64,000 nucleotides of DNA. Origin: Azolla caroliniana (taxonomy: Eukaryota > Plantae > Polypodiophyta). Under the pieces are notes generated by a model that was given only the letters and a program-made list of their open reading frames with translations, searched no databases and was not told the DNA's origin. The stretch is from the NCBI GenBank assembly GCA_043228905.1, contig JBHGNT010000002.1, positions 17,670,001 through 17,734,000 of the forward strand, read 5' to 3'. This document shows, one piece after another, positions 39,954 to 51,049 of the stretch; position 1 is the stretch's first letter; each line of letters opens with the position of its first letter. The position numbers and the translations under genes are program-made.

Positions 39954-40550
39954 GGTCTCAGGAGCTACCTTGTTCTGGGCTTCGATTGGAGAACCCTATA
40001 TGCGAAGCTTTATTTTCTTCACGGGTCAGTCCGACAGGTTCTCAAACGACCTATTTAAGAAAGTACATGCAAAAACATAAGTTAGGTGGTCACGTAGATT
40101 AAGGTTGTATATTAAAATATAAATAAGAAGATGAAGAACAGTTCTCACTAGCAGGCGATTACTAGTGAAGTGAAAATATCAATCATGCATTCAGAGTACA
40201 TGGTAGTCCTATATTCAAAAATCTATTCTAGGCAGGGCTATTCAAACTAGAAAATATATATCGTAATAAGTAAATAGGGTTATATATTCTTTTAAAGAGG
40301 AAGTATGGCTTATATAGATTCCAGACCTATATTCAGGAGAATTTGCTATCATAAAGGTAATTTGTGGGTTATTTTCTACTCTTTTAAGCTATAGTAGGTC
40401 ATAAAACACCTATAATTAGGGCATGTTTTTTTAAAAAGTAAGGCAAGTCAACATAAAAAAGACTGATTTTGACAGACAATTTGATATCTTTTCCACACAA
40501 TAATTAATTGTTGCCCCAAAAACACAATTTTTCTCTTTCAGGGCCTTCTT

Positions 40551-40951
40551 TTATACAGGAACTCGATACGATGTATCGATTTCCCGTTTAAAGTCTAGGT
40601 TTTAAACATGAACTCGATACGCCGTATCGAGTTCCCGTTTAAAGTTTAGGTTTTAAACATGAACTCGATACGGTGTATCAAGTTCCTGTTTAAAAAGCAA
40701 AGAAATCACAGGAACTCGATACGGCGTATTGAGTTCCCGTTTAAAGTTTAGGTTTTAAACACGAACTCGATACGCCGTATCGAGTTCTTGTTTAAAAAGC
40801 AAAGGAAACATAGGAACTCGACACGCCGTATTGAGTTCCTATTTAAAGTGTAGGTTTTAAACAGGAACTCGATACGCCGTATCGAGTTCCTGTTTAAAAA
40901 GCAAAAAAAAAAAATATGAACTCAATACGCCGTATCGAGTTCCTGTATAAA
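40551..40951. repeat. Array of 8 palindromic units (GAACTCGATACG-N-CGTATCGAGTTC), 51-bp period
   Basis: Cores start at 40559, 40610, 40661, 40712, 40763, 40814, 40865 and 40918. Confidence 0.95.
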
Positions 40952-40986
40952 GTTTGTATTGTATACAGGAGACAATGATAGAGGTT

Positions 40987-41175
40987 CATGAATGTACCAA
41001 TGATTGATTACTAAAAGCAACAATTTTTATGACTCTCAAATGTTGTGTATTAAAGATGTGGGCATGAATTAACCAATGATTGATAAGTCTAATATTTAAA
41101 ATGGTGAGCATTAAAGAACCAATGAGTGAGAGGTTCTATATCAAATATGGGTGCCATTAATTAGCCAATGATTTT
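40987..41175 (+). promoter_or_regulatory. Four CAT-N6-RCCAATGA motifs (CCAAT-box-like) upstream of the transposase
   Basis: catgaatgtaccaatga, catgaattaaccaatga, cattaaagaaccaatga, cattaattagccaatga. Confidence 0.5.
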
Positions 41176-41455
41176 AAGATTAATCCAACATATTTATGGC
41201 TTGGTAATGATTAGTTTTATATTATACTTGATTTAACTTCATATAGATGTAGTTTAAATAATAATTGATATTTTAAATACAATTACTATATTAAAAAAAA
41301 AAAAAATGTATTGTATTAATATAATATTACATAATATAGACATTCTATTGATTTGGCTTTTGTTTAGAGAGAAGTTTATGTTTAGAGAGGAACTTATTAG
41401 TTTTTTTCCTTACCCTAAGCACATAACTTACAGAGCCCTATCTAGACCTTAAGCC

Positions 41456-44236
41456 ATGAGTGAAGATTCACCATTCTCGATTGAAGAATATTGTTTGTCA
41501 TCAGACTCATCGTTTTCTACTGAAGAGTATTGTTTGTTGACAGAGTCACCATATTCTATTGAAGAATATTGTCTGTCGACAAACTCACCATATTCTATCG
41601 AAGAATATTGTCTGAGCTCATCTACAGGGAATGTAAATAATGACACATGTGAAGAGTTCTCTATTGAAGAATACGATATTAATAAAGATACGGAGAATGA
41701 AGGTAGTGCCAAGGAAACATTGAATAACATTGGCGATGGTCACAACAAAGAATTAGATTGTAACAAGGTTACACCAACCTCTATGCAGGAAGAGAAATCT
41801 GGGAGCCCTATGCATATTAGAAGAATCCCACAAAGAATTCGTTTCGCTAGATTTAGCTTGGTGACATCAGATAAACAGATTGGATTTGATGTCAATAAAA
41901 TATGTTGTGCCCGTGGTTGTATGTCTATGATTGGAAAATCAAAGTTGCGAGAATTAAGGCGATACTATTTTTCGATGACCGGTGATGAGCAAGACAGTTA
42001 CCTCGGGTCACATATGCAACTAGTATCTGACAAATGTACGGGGATCAAAGTATCATTCGAGTATTATATCTTCCATGCGCAACAGATATGTAGAGTTGCA
42101 TTCAAAATTGCGTTATGTGTTAGTAACATGCGGCTACATAGAGTACAACAACGTCTACTTAGCGGGGATCAGATGCTCAATTGTAAAGAGGTTCCAAGTA
42201 TGAAAGGTGCAATTGGAAGACATGCTATTAGTTGGATGAAAACTTACTTTCAGTTAAATTGTGAAGTAATGCCCACTACAGGTAGGATGCACCTTTCTGA
42301 TAATTATACACATCGGGAAGTTTATGATGTCTATCGATCTGATATGCTGGGCTCACGTAATAAGTCTATCACCTATAGCCAATTCACAAGATTATGGAGA
42401 GCTCAGTTTTCAAATGTTATCATTCCTCGTAAAGTACGTATGGGGTATTGCTCCATTTGTGCAAATCTTAAAAGTTTGGCTAAAGATGCAAAGACATCAA
42501 TGGAAAAGGATATGAGTAAGAAGTTACTACAAGAGCATCGTGAGGCACAATCCTTAGAACGAAAGAAGGCGATGCATCATAGAGAGAAGGGTTTGAAGAG
42601 GCCCGAACAATACATGTGCTTAATGATAGATGGCATTGACCAGAAGAAGACGTGCTTGCAGCATATGCGGAGGCTCCCCAAAGATGTCAATGATGAGTGC
42701 CTTGTTCAAATGCACTTGGTGGGATGCTTGGCTTATAATAGGTCTGTTGGACCTCACGTCTTCATTACATACCCCAATGTTCACAATGACCCTAACCTAA
42801 CAGTTACAGTCATTCACCGAGTTTTGATGTCTTGGGGCCAACCTTTCCCCCCTGTTCTATACATTCAATTGGACAATACTGCTAGAGAGAACAAAAATTC
42901 AACTGTATTTGGCTATCTAAGGATGTTGGTCAACCAAGAATTGTTTAGGAAAGTGAAAGTCAATTTTCTTTTGGTTGGCCACACACATGACCATATAGAT
43001 CAGGTGTTTAGCACATTCTCCAGACAGTTGTCTCGGCATGATGCTTTCACTTTACCCAAACTATTTGATGTCATTTGTGATGCATATACACCACGCCCAA
43101 AACTGTTACACTTGAAGGAGGTATATGACTTTAAGAGATATATATCAGATGGGGGTGGTGGGAATGTTAAAGTGCTTGCTCAGTTAAACAATATAAGTTT
43201 CAATCACATTTTTATGATAAAGAAAAATGGAATAAGTGGTTCTACACTTTTGTATGCTAAACAATATTCATCTTCTACAACATGGGAACCTGAAGGTGGT
43301 TGCCAGTTATTACTTTGTATGCCGAGTACAATTGTCCATGGAGCTAAGCAAATGCCAATTGAGAAGAAAGGACAGTTGCAGAGCGACTTGGTATCAGACC
43401 AAAAACGGTCATGGCTCCAAGCTTTAGAAGAAAAAAGAAAGCATATTGAGGCCGCCAAGAAATATGCCGCACAACAAGACACATCATGGTGGGATGTATT
43501 TTATAGTGATCAGAAAGGAATTATAGACAATTGTGTATCTGGTGATAATTGGAATTTGGAAATGCCATTCACATGGTCGCTGCAACATGATCGCGTAAAT
43601 AGAACTCCGGAGCAACTAGCAAATGCGATTAATGACAGCTTAGTCCATCCACAACAAAGAGACATTTATGTGGGACCAAGGATGACCAAAGCAGCCGAAG
43701 CTAGATGGCAAGGCAATTTGCAAGAGCTCACCGCGGGGATGTTGATTGCAACGTCGGCTGATGAGAACTCACATGACCACCAATTTTGGGTTGGTAAAAT
43801 TCTAGAAGTGCTAATGCATGAAATAGAAAACACGATCAAGTCTATAAATGTTCATTGGTACAACACTAGAAGTGCAAATGCTTTTACAGGTAAGTATACA
43901 TTGGAGATGATTGAATGCCCAACAAGAAGGGGAGGTAGGAAGAGGAAGCGAAACATTCGTAACACCTCGACCCTTGATATCTCTAATGTGGATATCATCG
44001 TGTACGACTTCACACTTACAAAAGCCGGACGATTAAGGAAGTCAACAATAGATATAATAAAAGAAAAATTACCAGGTCTACAAGGTGGCTCGAGTCAAAG
44101 GCAAACGAGATCTGCTACATATAATCTAGAGTCAAACCATTTGGTTTATGACGAAGATAATGCACTGATTGGTACATCCGAGGATGATGAGGAGGAATCG
44201 TCATTGTATATTAGTTATAGTAGTGATTCTCCGTAA
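41456..44236 (+). CDS. DDD/E transposase, Sola1/DUF7869-like, 926 aa, intact single exon
   Basis: Motifs MIDGIDQ, IQLDNTARENKN, FLLVGHTHDHIDQ; Cys/His clusters (CCARGC, ICRVAF, CSIC...H); lies inside the TIRs. Confidence 0.88.
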   Translation: MSEDSPFSIEEYCLSSDSSFSTEEYCLLTESPYSIEEYCLSTNSPYSIEEYCLSSSTGNVNNDTCEEFSIEEYDINKDTENEGSAKETLNNIGDGHNKELDCNKVTPTSMQEEKSGSPMHIRRIPQRIRFARFSLVTSDKQIGFDVNKICCARGCMSMIGKSKLRELRRYYFSMTGDEQDSYLGSHMQLVSDKCTGIKVSFEYYIFHAQQICRVAFKIALCVSNMRLHRVQQRLLSGDQMLNCKEVPSMKGAIGRHAISWMKTYFQLNCEVMPTTGRMHLSDNYTHREVYDVYRSDMLGSRNKSITYSQFTRLWRAQFSNVIIPRKVRMGYCSICANLKSLAKDAKTSMEKDMSKKLLQEHREAQSLERKKAMHHREKGLKRPEQYMCLMIDGIDQKKTCLQHMRRLPKDVNDECLVQMHLVGCLAYNRSVGPHVFITYPNVHNDPNLTVTVIHRVLMSWGQPFPPVLYIQLDNTARENKNSTVFGYLRMLVNQELFRKVKVNFLLVGHTHDHIDQVFSTFSRQLSRHDAFTLPKLFDVICDAYTPRPKLLHLKEVYDFKRYISDGGGGNVKVLAQLNNISFNHIFMIKKNGISGSTLLYAKQYSSSTTWEPEGGCQLLLCMPSTIVHGAKQMPIEKKGQLQSDLVSDQKRSWLQALEEKRKHIEAAKKYAAQQDTSWWDVFYSDQKGIIDNCVSGDNWNLEMPFTWSLQHDRVNRTPEQLANAINDSLVHPQQRDIYVGPRMTKAAEARWQGNLQELTAGMLIATSADENSHDHQFWVGKILEVLMHEIENTIKSINVHWYNTRSANAFTGKYTLEMIECPTRRGGRKRKRNIRNTSTLDISNVDIIVYDFTLTKAGRLRKSTIDIIKEKLPGLQGGSSQRQTRSATYNLESNHLVYDEDNALIGTSEDDEEESSLYISYSSDSP

Positions 44237-44568
44237 AGGAGTGATCATGAATGTATATTTGGCTATTAACTGTAACTACATTCCGCTTGTAACAAATCGA
44301 GTAATATAAAAGCATGTGTTTTGAATTCTTATGATTTCTAAAAAATCATTTCTTATAAAATAACATTGGTTGTAAAGTTTGTGATATAAATTGAGAATGT
44401 ATCTTTTTGAAATTCGTCTTTTTTTAGTTACTTCTAAATCATGAAAATAGTGGATTTTTAACCTTTTTCATAGTATGTTTGAACATGTATGATACTAGTA
44501 TCAATGTGTTTTGTAAAATCATTGAAAAAGCCCTAAAATCACCCAAAATTTCCCTTATCCTTCCATTT

Positions 44569-44604
44569 ATGCGCGATCCTTCCACTTGTGAACGCGAACG
44601 TGTT
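44569..44604 (-). repeat. Right terminal inverted repeat
   Basis: atgcgcgatccttccacttgtgaacgcgaacgtgtt, the reverse complement of the left TIR with one mismatch. Confidence 0.95.
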
Positions 44605-47328
44605 ATTCTTTCTTCGCCATCGACTTCCATCTTTGTTAGGCACCTTTTCTAAATCTTTCACCAATATATCTTTATAAGTTTTGCGATTTGGATGATCTTT
44701 CTTTTCATCATCTGTAGCCTGCATGTCGTGTATGTCTTCATTTCCTATTGTATCGTGTAAATCTTCTTTATATGGTGATCTTAATCCTTTCTTGTTAGGG
44801 TAGGTCGGATTAGTGTACAAGTAATGTGTTACTCCTTCCTCCTCATCTTCTGCTCGAACATCTGCATGTTTCTGATTTTGAAATTGCTTCCCGAAATTCC
44901 TTGTGATCGGACCACTGTAATTTTCTATTTGTGAAACATTTGGAGTAATTAGATCATTAATCCTTAAATTGTGTTTAAAATCGCGTACCTCATGTTGTTT
45001 TTGTTGTTGAAGTAAACTAATCTCATCGAAGATAACTGATCGACTATAGAAACACTTTTGTGTCTGAGGGTCAAATAGCTTGTATGCTTTAACTCCGGAA
45101 GCTTCACCATATCCAATAAAAAAGCATTTTCTAGTGTGTGGATCTAACTTCTTCCGTTTATCTGCAGGTACATGATGATAGGCGATCAAACCGAACACTC
45201 GGAGGTGACCAAGGTTAGGTTTCTGCTTAAACCAGAGTGAATGTGGTGTTTGAAGACCCAATATCTTATGTGGAGATCTATTTTGCAGGTAACAAGCAGT
45301 CGCAACTGCTTCTTGCCAAAATCGAAGAGGCAATCCAGCTACTTGAAGCGTACTTCGACTAGCATCTAGGAGCGTCCAATTCTTGCGCTCAGCTACACCA
45401 TTTTGTTGCGGGTTGTATGGTACAGTATGTTCATGTCTTATTCCATTTTCTTTACAAAAACTGTTCCATTCATCACTAAAATATTCCCCTCCATTGTCAG
45501 TACGAATAGTCGAAATCTTATGTTGACACTGGTTTTCTACATATGCTTTATAATTTGTGAATGCATTGTATGCTCCAGATTTCTTCTTCAGAAAGTATAA
45601 GATTGTGAATCTTGTGTAGTCATCTATGAATGTAATAAAATACTTGTTACCGTTTATTGATACAGATTGCATAGGTCTACATAAGTCCGAATGAATGAGT
45701 TGTAGTGGTCTTTCCGTCCTTTTCTGTTTGCTTATTGGAAACTTTTGTCGACACTGCTTGCCGTAAATGCATCCCTCGCATATAGATATATAGCTGAATG
45801 ACTTTGTTGGAATTCCTTCGAATAATTTATGAACTTGACCAGTCTTCATTGCCTTTGGGTTGAGATGCCCGAGTCGATGATGCCAAAGCATTGTAGGGTC
45901 AATAGGTGACGTGCTTGATGCAAAGAGGGCTTGTATAGGAGTTTTATCCATCATTTGTAAAGGGTAGAGTCTTCCAGATTTGGGGCAAGTCACTCTTAAC
46001 ATCTCACCAGTAGGTAATTCATGAGAAATAATGGCAAAATTATTATTGAATTGTATACTTGTTCCATTTTTTGTTGCTTCACTTACAGATATTACGTTTC
46101 TCATTACACCTGGAACATAATAAACATTTGGAATGCTTACTGTCTTTGATTTGTTTAGAGATAAGTGTACTTCCCCTTTGCCAATCACGACTTTTGTGCC
46201 ATGATCGCCGAATGTCACTTGGAGTGCTTGTGGAAGAGGGCAGTAGTTATGTAGAAGATTTCTATTATTTGTTAAATGATGTGTCGCCCCGGTGTCGAAG
46301 AACCAAAGGTTGTCATTACCTTTCTTTTCATTCACTTGAATTTCATTAGCATCACTTGTAAATGATTGTATAAAATTATTGTCTTCATCTTCTTCACAAT
46401 AGTTCACATTATCATTTTGAATTGATGCACTATGGATTTGTGGATAAAACTTCTTTCCTTTTCTTTTAAGATCAAATTGCTTCTTTCTACAATCTTTTTC
46501 AATATGACCTTGTTTATTACAATACCTACATGTGATCGTAGATATCATCAAGCCTCCCATTCCATTTGATTTGTTCTTTTGTTGAAACTTCTGGTTATTT
46601 GGAAACCGTTGAAATTTCTGCTTCACAAAGTTGCCTCCATTATTTCTCATGGAGGCTGCCATGGCCATGTGGCTAGCCTCATGTTGTGAACTTGTTCTTT
46701 TCCTTCGTAGTTCATCTTGCTTTAACTTTGCTACTAAATTTTGTAAATTTAGATTTTTATCTTCATTATGAATACTTACAAAAGTCATCCATGATTCTGG
46801 TAGCGCTCCCATTAAAATCTCACATTTGTACATTTCATCGATATTATTGCCTGAAGAGATGGTTGTGTCTAATTGCTTTTGCTACTTCATTATAAATGTG
46901 TCGATTTGTTCACCTTCTTTCATCTGTAAATTCATTAATGATCTAAATGAAAAAAATTTAGTTGTTCCGTCATATGGTTGATGAATCTTTTGCAAATACT
47001 CCCACATTTCATTTGTTGTGTGCAAGTTTCGAACATAATCGACTTGCTTGTCACTTAAGTGCATTATTATCTCCATTCTAGCATCGAGGTCTCTACTTTT
47101 CCACATGCTCGTCCTTGGTTCTTGTTCAGGCATTTTCATGGAACCATCTATTATATCTTTTAGATTATTACGCTCCATTATCAACTCCATCTGTGTCTTC
47201 CACATCCTGTAATTGTGAGTAGTTAGTTTCTCAACTATATATTTTCTTACCATACTTGATGGATTTGCAGGATGATGATTGTTTGATGTGGATGTGGATA
47301 GGTTTTCTGATTCTCCTTCGAACTCCAT
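44605..47328 (-). pseudogene. Copia gag-protease-integrase (one in-frame stop at 46882)
   Basis: CRYCNKQGHIEKDC, WFFDTGATHH, LWHHRLGH, IHSDL, IRTDNGGEY, QNGVAER. Confidence 0.92.
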
Positions 47329-47659
47329 CTTGCTTAGATCGTCCGGTGTCGTGTGAATCTTCACACACTATGTAAAAAAATAATGAAATAATTATTATAG
47401 ATTAGATTAGTAGCTTACTATAGAAAGATGGATATACTCAACAGCTTCAAAATGTATTTTACTATAAACAAAATGGAGAAATACATATCAAGTTATGTGA
47501 AAATAAAGTTTGAGAAGATAGAGAAATTAGAACTATCCCACATAGATAGGAAACTTAAGGCCCTGGCTATATAAGCACCTTGAGCTCCCCCATTTTCCAT
47601 TTGTTCTAAGAGCACTTTGGCCACTTTGTCTTGATGGATGATGGTGGCCAAATTTCCTA

Positions 47660-48085
47660 AATCCGGAAACCGGCCGGTAAACAAGTCAGGAAACCGGCCG
47701 GTAAACAAATCCGGAAAACGGGTCCGGTAAGCAGATCCGGAAACTGGCCGATATGCAAACCGGAACCAGAAACCGGCCGGTATGCAAAATTGGAACTGGA
47801 ACCGGCAAGCAAAACCGGAACCGGTATGCAAATCGGAACCAATTGGTAAGTAAAACCGGAACTAGAATCAGTATGCAAACCGGAAATCGGCCGGTAAGCA
47901 AAACCGGAACCGGAATCGGTATGCAAACCGGAAACGGCCGGTAACCAAAACTGGAACCGGAACCGGCAAGCAAACCGGAACCGGCCGACAAGCAAAACCG
48001 GAACCGGTTGACAAGCAAAACCAGAACTGGCCGGCAAGCAAAACCGGAACCGGAACCGGCCGGCAAGCAAAATGGAACCGACCGG
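47660..48085. repeat. AACCGG/CCGG-rich minisatellite in the 5' LTR (shorter copy at ~54810-55085 in the 3' LTR)
   Basis: Repeated aaaccggaaccggccggtaagc-type units. Confidence 0.9.
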
Positions 48086-48786
48086 CGAGGGATTCGGCGA
48101 TTGGGTGGAACCGGCGACCGTACGAGGTTGGACGCAAATCGAACGGATAAAAGGATCATGTGGCTATTTAAAGAAAGGTAAAAGAGACTAAAGTAAAGGT
48201 CAAGTGGATGGTCGCATGCAACTAAAGAAAAAGCCATGCAACTAAAAATAGATTCAACGAAAAGAAAAGCCATGCAACAAAAAGTGGAGGCATATAATCA
48301 ACGAGGAACTCCATATATAATTCCATTTTTTTTCCTATACTCATATGCTCTCTCCATATTATATTGTTCTTCTTTTCCTTCAGAGCTCTCTTATCTTATC
48401 GAAGCCAAGAACCCTAAATTTCCTTACGGAAGACATAAACCCTAATTTCCTAATCAAAGCCATATAACTCAAAAACCCTAATTTTCGAATTGAAGCTAAA
48501 AACCCTAATATTCTAATTAAATCCATATTTCATTTCTTCTAATCTATTACTCTAGTCATCTCCATTAGCAAATTTTTGTAATCCCAATCTTGGGATTAAT
48601 TGTAATCTTTCTTTCCCTTTATTAATGAAATTTGTGAATCTTTATCATTTTGTATTAATTGTTTAATATAATCATACGAATTTGATATCTTCCGGTCGGA
48701 GGCCCCGGGGTCCTGCCTCAAAGTTCACGTATCCTCGTCGTATTTTCGCGACATCTTTGGTGAACCCGACGTGAAATGAGGCAGTA

Positions 48787-50984
48787 GGAGGATATCAAGT
48801 ACGAAGATGGCTTCGACAAGTGGAACTCAAGGAGAAGAATTGACGAAAGGCATGGTGTCCGTCGTCGAATTCATGCTGAAAGAGAGAGATCGGGAGGCTT
48901 TAGTCGACAAAGCTGTTGACTGAACTGTGGAGACAGTTGGAAGATTCGGTGGGAAGAACATCACAAATTTCCTTGCTACCTACCGGAACGAGATGCAACA
49001 AAGAGATGTCCATGATCCAAAACAAATTTCAAGCTTTAAGCGTGTGGTAGAACCCGGGATTCGTGAGCGCGTGATGGAGATCCAAAACGAGCATGCAACT
49101 TGGGCGGAGTTCGAAAGGGCTCTTCTCATTGAATACATGCTTGAAGACGCATCACGGATGAATCGGCATACGTTAATGAATTGGATCGAGAAGAAAGGGA
49201 AGAATCTGTGTGCATCGGGAATTTATGCCGAATTCGACCAGAAGTACAACCGACTTTCGAGTGTCGAGCAACGAGTTCTCGACGGAGATAAAGTCTTACT
49301 ATTCCTAAAGGAAATGGATGCGAAAGATCGGCGAGAATTGGGCAGTTTCTTGGAGGACGAAACACAACCAAATGGTTTGGTAGCGGACTGGGCGGCGGTG
49401 AAGAAGACTTGCAGCCGTTGTGATAAGCGGCGACAATGGCAAGAGGAAGCTGAGGTCGAGAATCCACAATTGTGGAAGAAGGCACCTACGACGATTGAGC
49501 CTAGTTGGCCGATCAACAATTTCGACAAGAAAGCAATGGAGGAGTCTATAATCGAAGAGCTCTCCAAGAAGTTTGAAGCGGTATCGCTAGCCAACTTAGG
49601 TCGACGCGGGCCCAAGGGAAAAGAAGCGTCTAGATGTGTGTGGTGCGATAGCTTTGAACACTCACGAAGGGAATGTGCTGACTTGCAAGATGCGGTTCGC
49701 AAGAATGTCGTCTATTTGGACGGCAACATGATTCACTCGAGCGAGACCCGGAAGCCACTATGAGTGAACTTCGGAAGAGGTGGGCTGAAAAAGATTGTAG
49801 AAGAAGAAGATGCAAGGCATGTGGAGGCTATGCACTATGCCGCTTCGGCTGGGATACGAGTTGGAAAAGAGAATCTTAAAATGATCAAGCCAGGAGCTGG
49901 GTTTTGGCCAACGGTCTTCGAGTGCGAAGAAAAAGGCAAAATCAATTCGGAGGATCTAAAACTTGCTGATCGAAACGTGCGACGAGCAACCGGATGGTCA
50001 GATCCAATCGACGAAAACACAAGCTTTGCGGAGGTTGTGTGTGACACCTATGAAGCCCTTGTCGAAGAGAAGAGGAAGAGAACCGGTGAAGAAGATCGCA
50101 CATCAAAGAGACCTAACACGAGGAACGGAGGGAAAGAAGGGCCACCCCAACCTATCCCAAGAAAAGAGATTGGTGAAACAAACATGAAGCCCGGTGGATC
50201 AAGCCAACCTGCTCGGATGGAAGTCGAAGAATCAACGAAGAAAGGAAAAGAACGAGCGGCACCGACTTACAAGCTAAGGTCGGACATAGAACAAACAACT
50301 AACTTGCGGAAGGTCCTTGAGGAGAAGGTTTTAGATAGTCATGTCGACCTTACCTTCAGAGAGCTACTTGGGATCGTGAAGAAGGAGTTCCATGATACTA
50401 TCGTGGACCTTATTAAAAGGAAGCGGCAACAATCTGATGAAGAGGAGGTGAAAACAAGTGCCATAACCATGGCAAGATCGGAAGAGGAAGAAGAAGTGGT
50501 GGTGGCGGATAGCCATTACTCGCGGCCTCATTGGGTAAGAGCGACAACGGAGACACCGGTGAAGATCGGGGAGAAGAAAGAGACCGTGGTCGCTTTGATT
50601 GACCATGGCTCAGAGATCAACCTCATGTCGACCGAGTTCTACAAGAAAGGAAGATGGCCGATTAATACAAACCACGACTGGAAGATTTGAGCGGCGACGA
50701 AGGCTACGGAGGACTTGTACGGAGCTTGCCCCAACGTTAAAGTCACGATCAGGGATGTAGAGATTGATCAACACTTCTTCGTGCAAGACTCGGCTTCACA
50801 TCCTGTCATCCTAGGACAACCATATATAACATCGTCCCGGATGGAGACCAAGGTGTTCGATAATGGAGCAGCCTTCGCACGCGTCAAGAGTCTTGATAGT
50901 AAAAGATCCGTTCAATTCTTGACGGTGTGAGCTAATCATGAAAGGAACCGAGATAGCCTTGGAGGCGAATCCTCGGATTTTTAA
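48787..50984 (+). pseudogene. gag: Gypsy gag-protease with several in-frame TGA stops
   Basis: CVWCDSFEHSRREC; ALIDHGSEINL; stops at ~48921, 49761, 50688 and 50928. Confidence 0.88.
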
Positions 50985-51049
50985 AGCGGACTATTGAAGC
51001 ATGGGGCACAAATAGTCCGAGCAATCATAAGTCCACACAAGGAAGCAAA

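Larger units (their letters stand above)
35800..44604. mobile_element. 8.8-kb TIR DNA transposon (Sola1/DUF7869-like) carrying a ParB-methyltransferase cargo gene
   Basis: 36-bp TIRs at 35800-35835 and 44569-44604 (1 mismatch); flanks attg/attc (4-bp TSD, 1 mismatch); excision rejoins the Copia frame ...SRWRRKN|PESRQNEE. Confidence 0.92.

Noticed and set aside
40551-40951. CRISPR array
   Set aside because: The linkers are two recurring types rather than unique spacers; there are no cas genes; the context is eukaryotic
44539-44604. C-terminus of the 764-aa Copia ORF
   Set aside because: Read-through into the right TIR; the true frame continues at 35795
47493-48445. Pro/Gly/Arg-rich ORFs (also 54643-55445)
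   Set aside because: Artefacts of the stop-free LTR minisatellite
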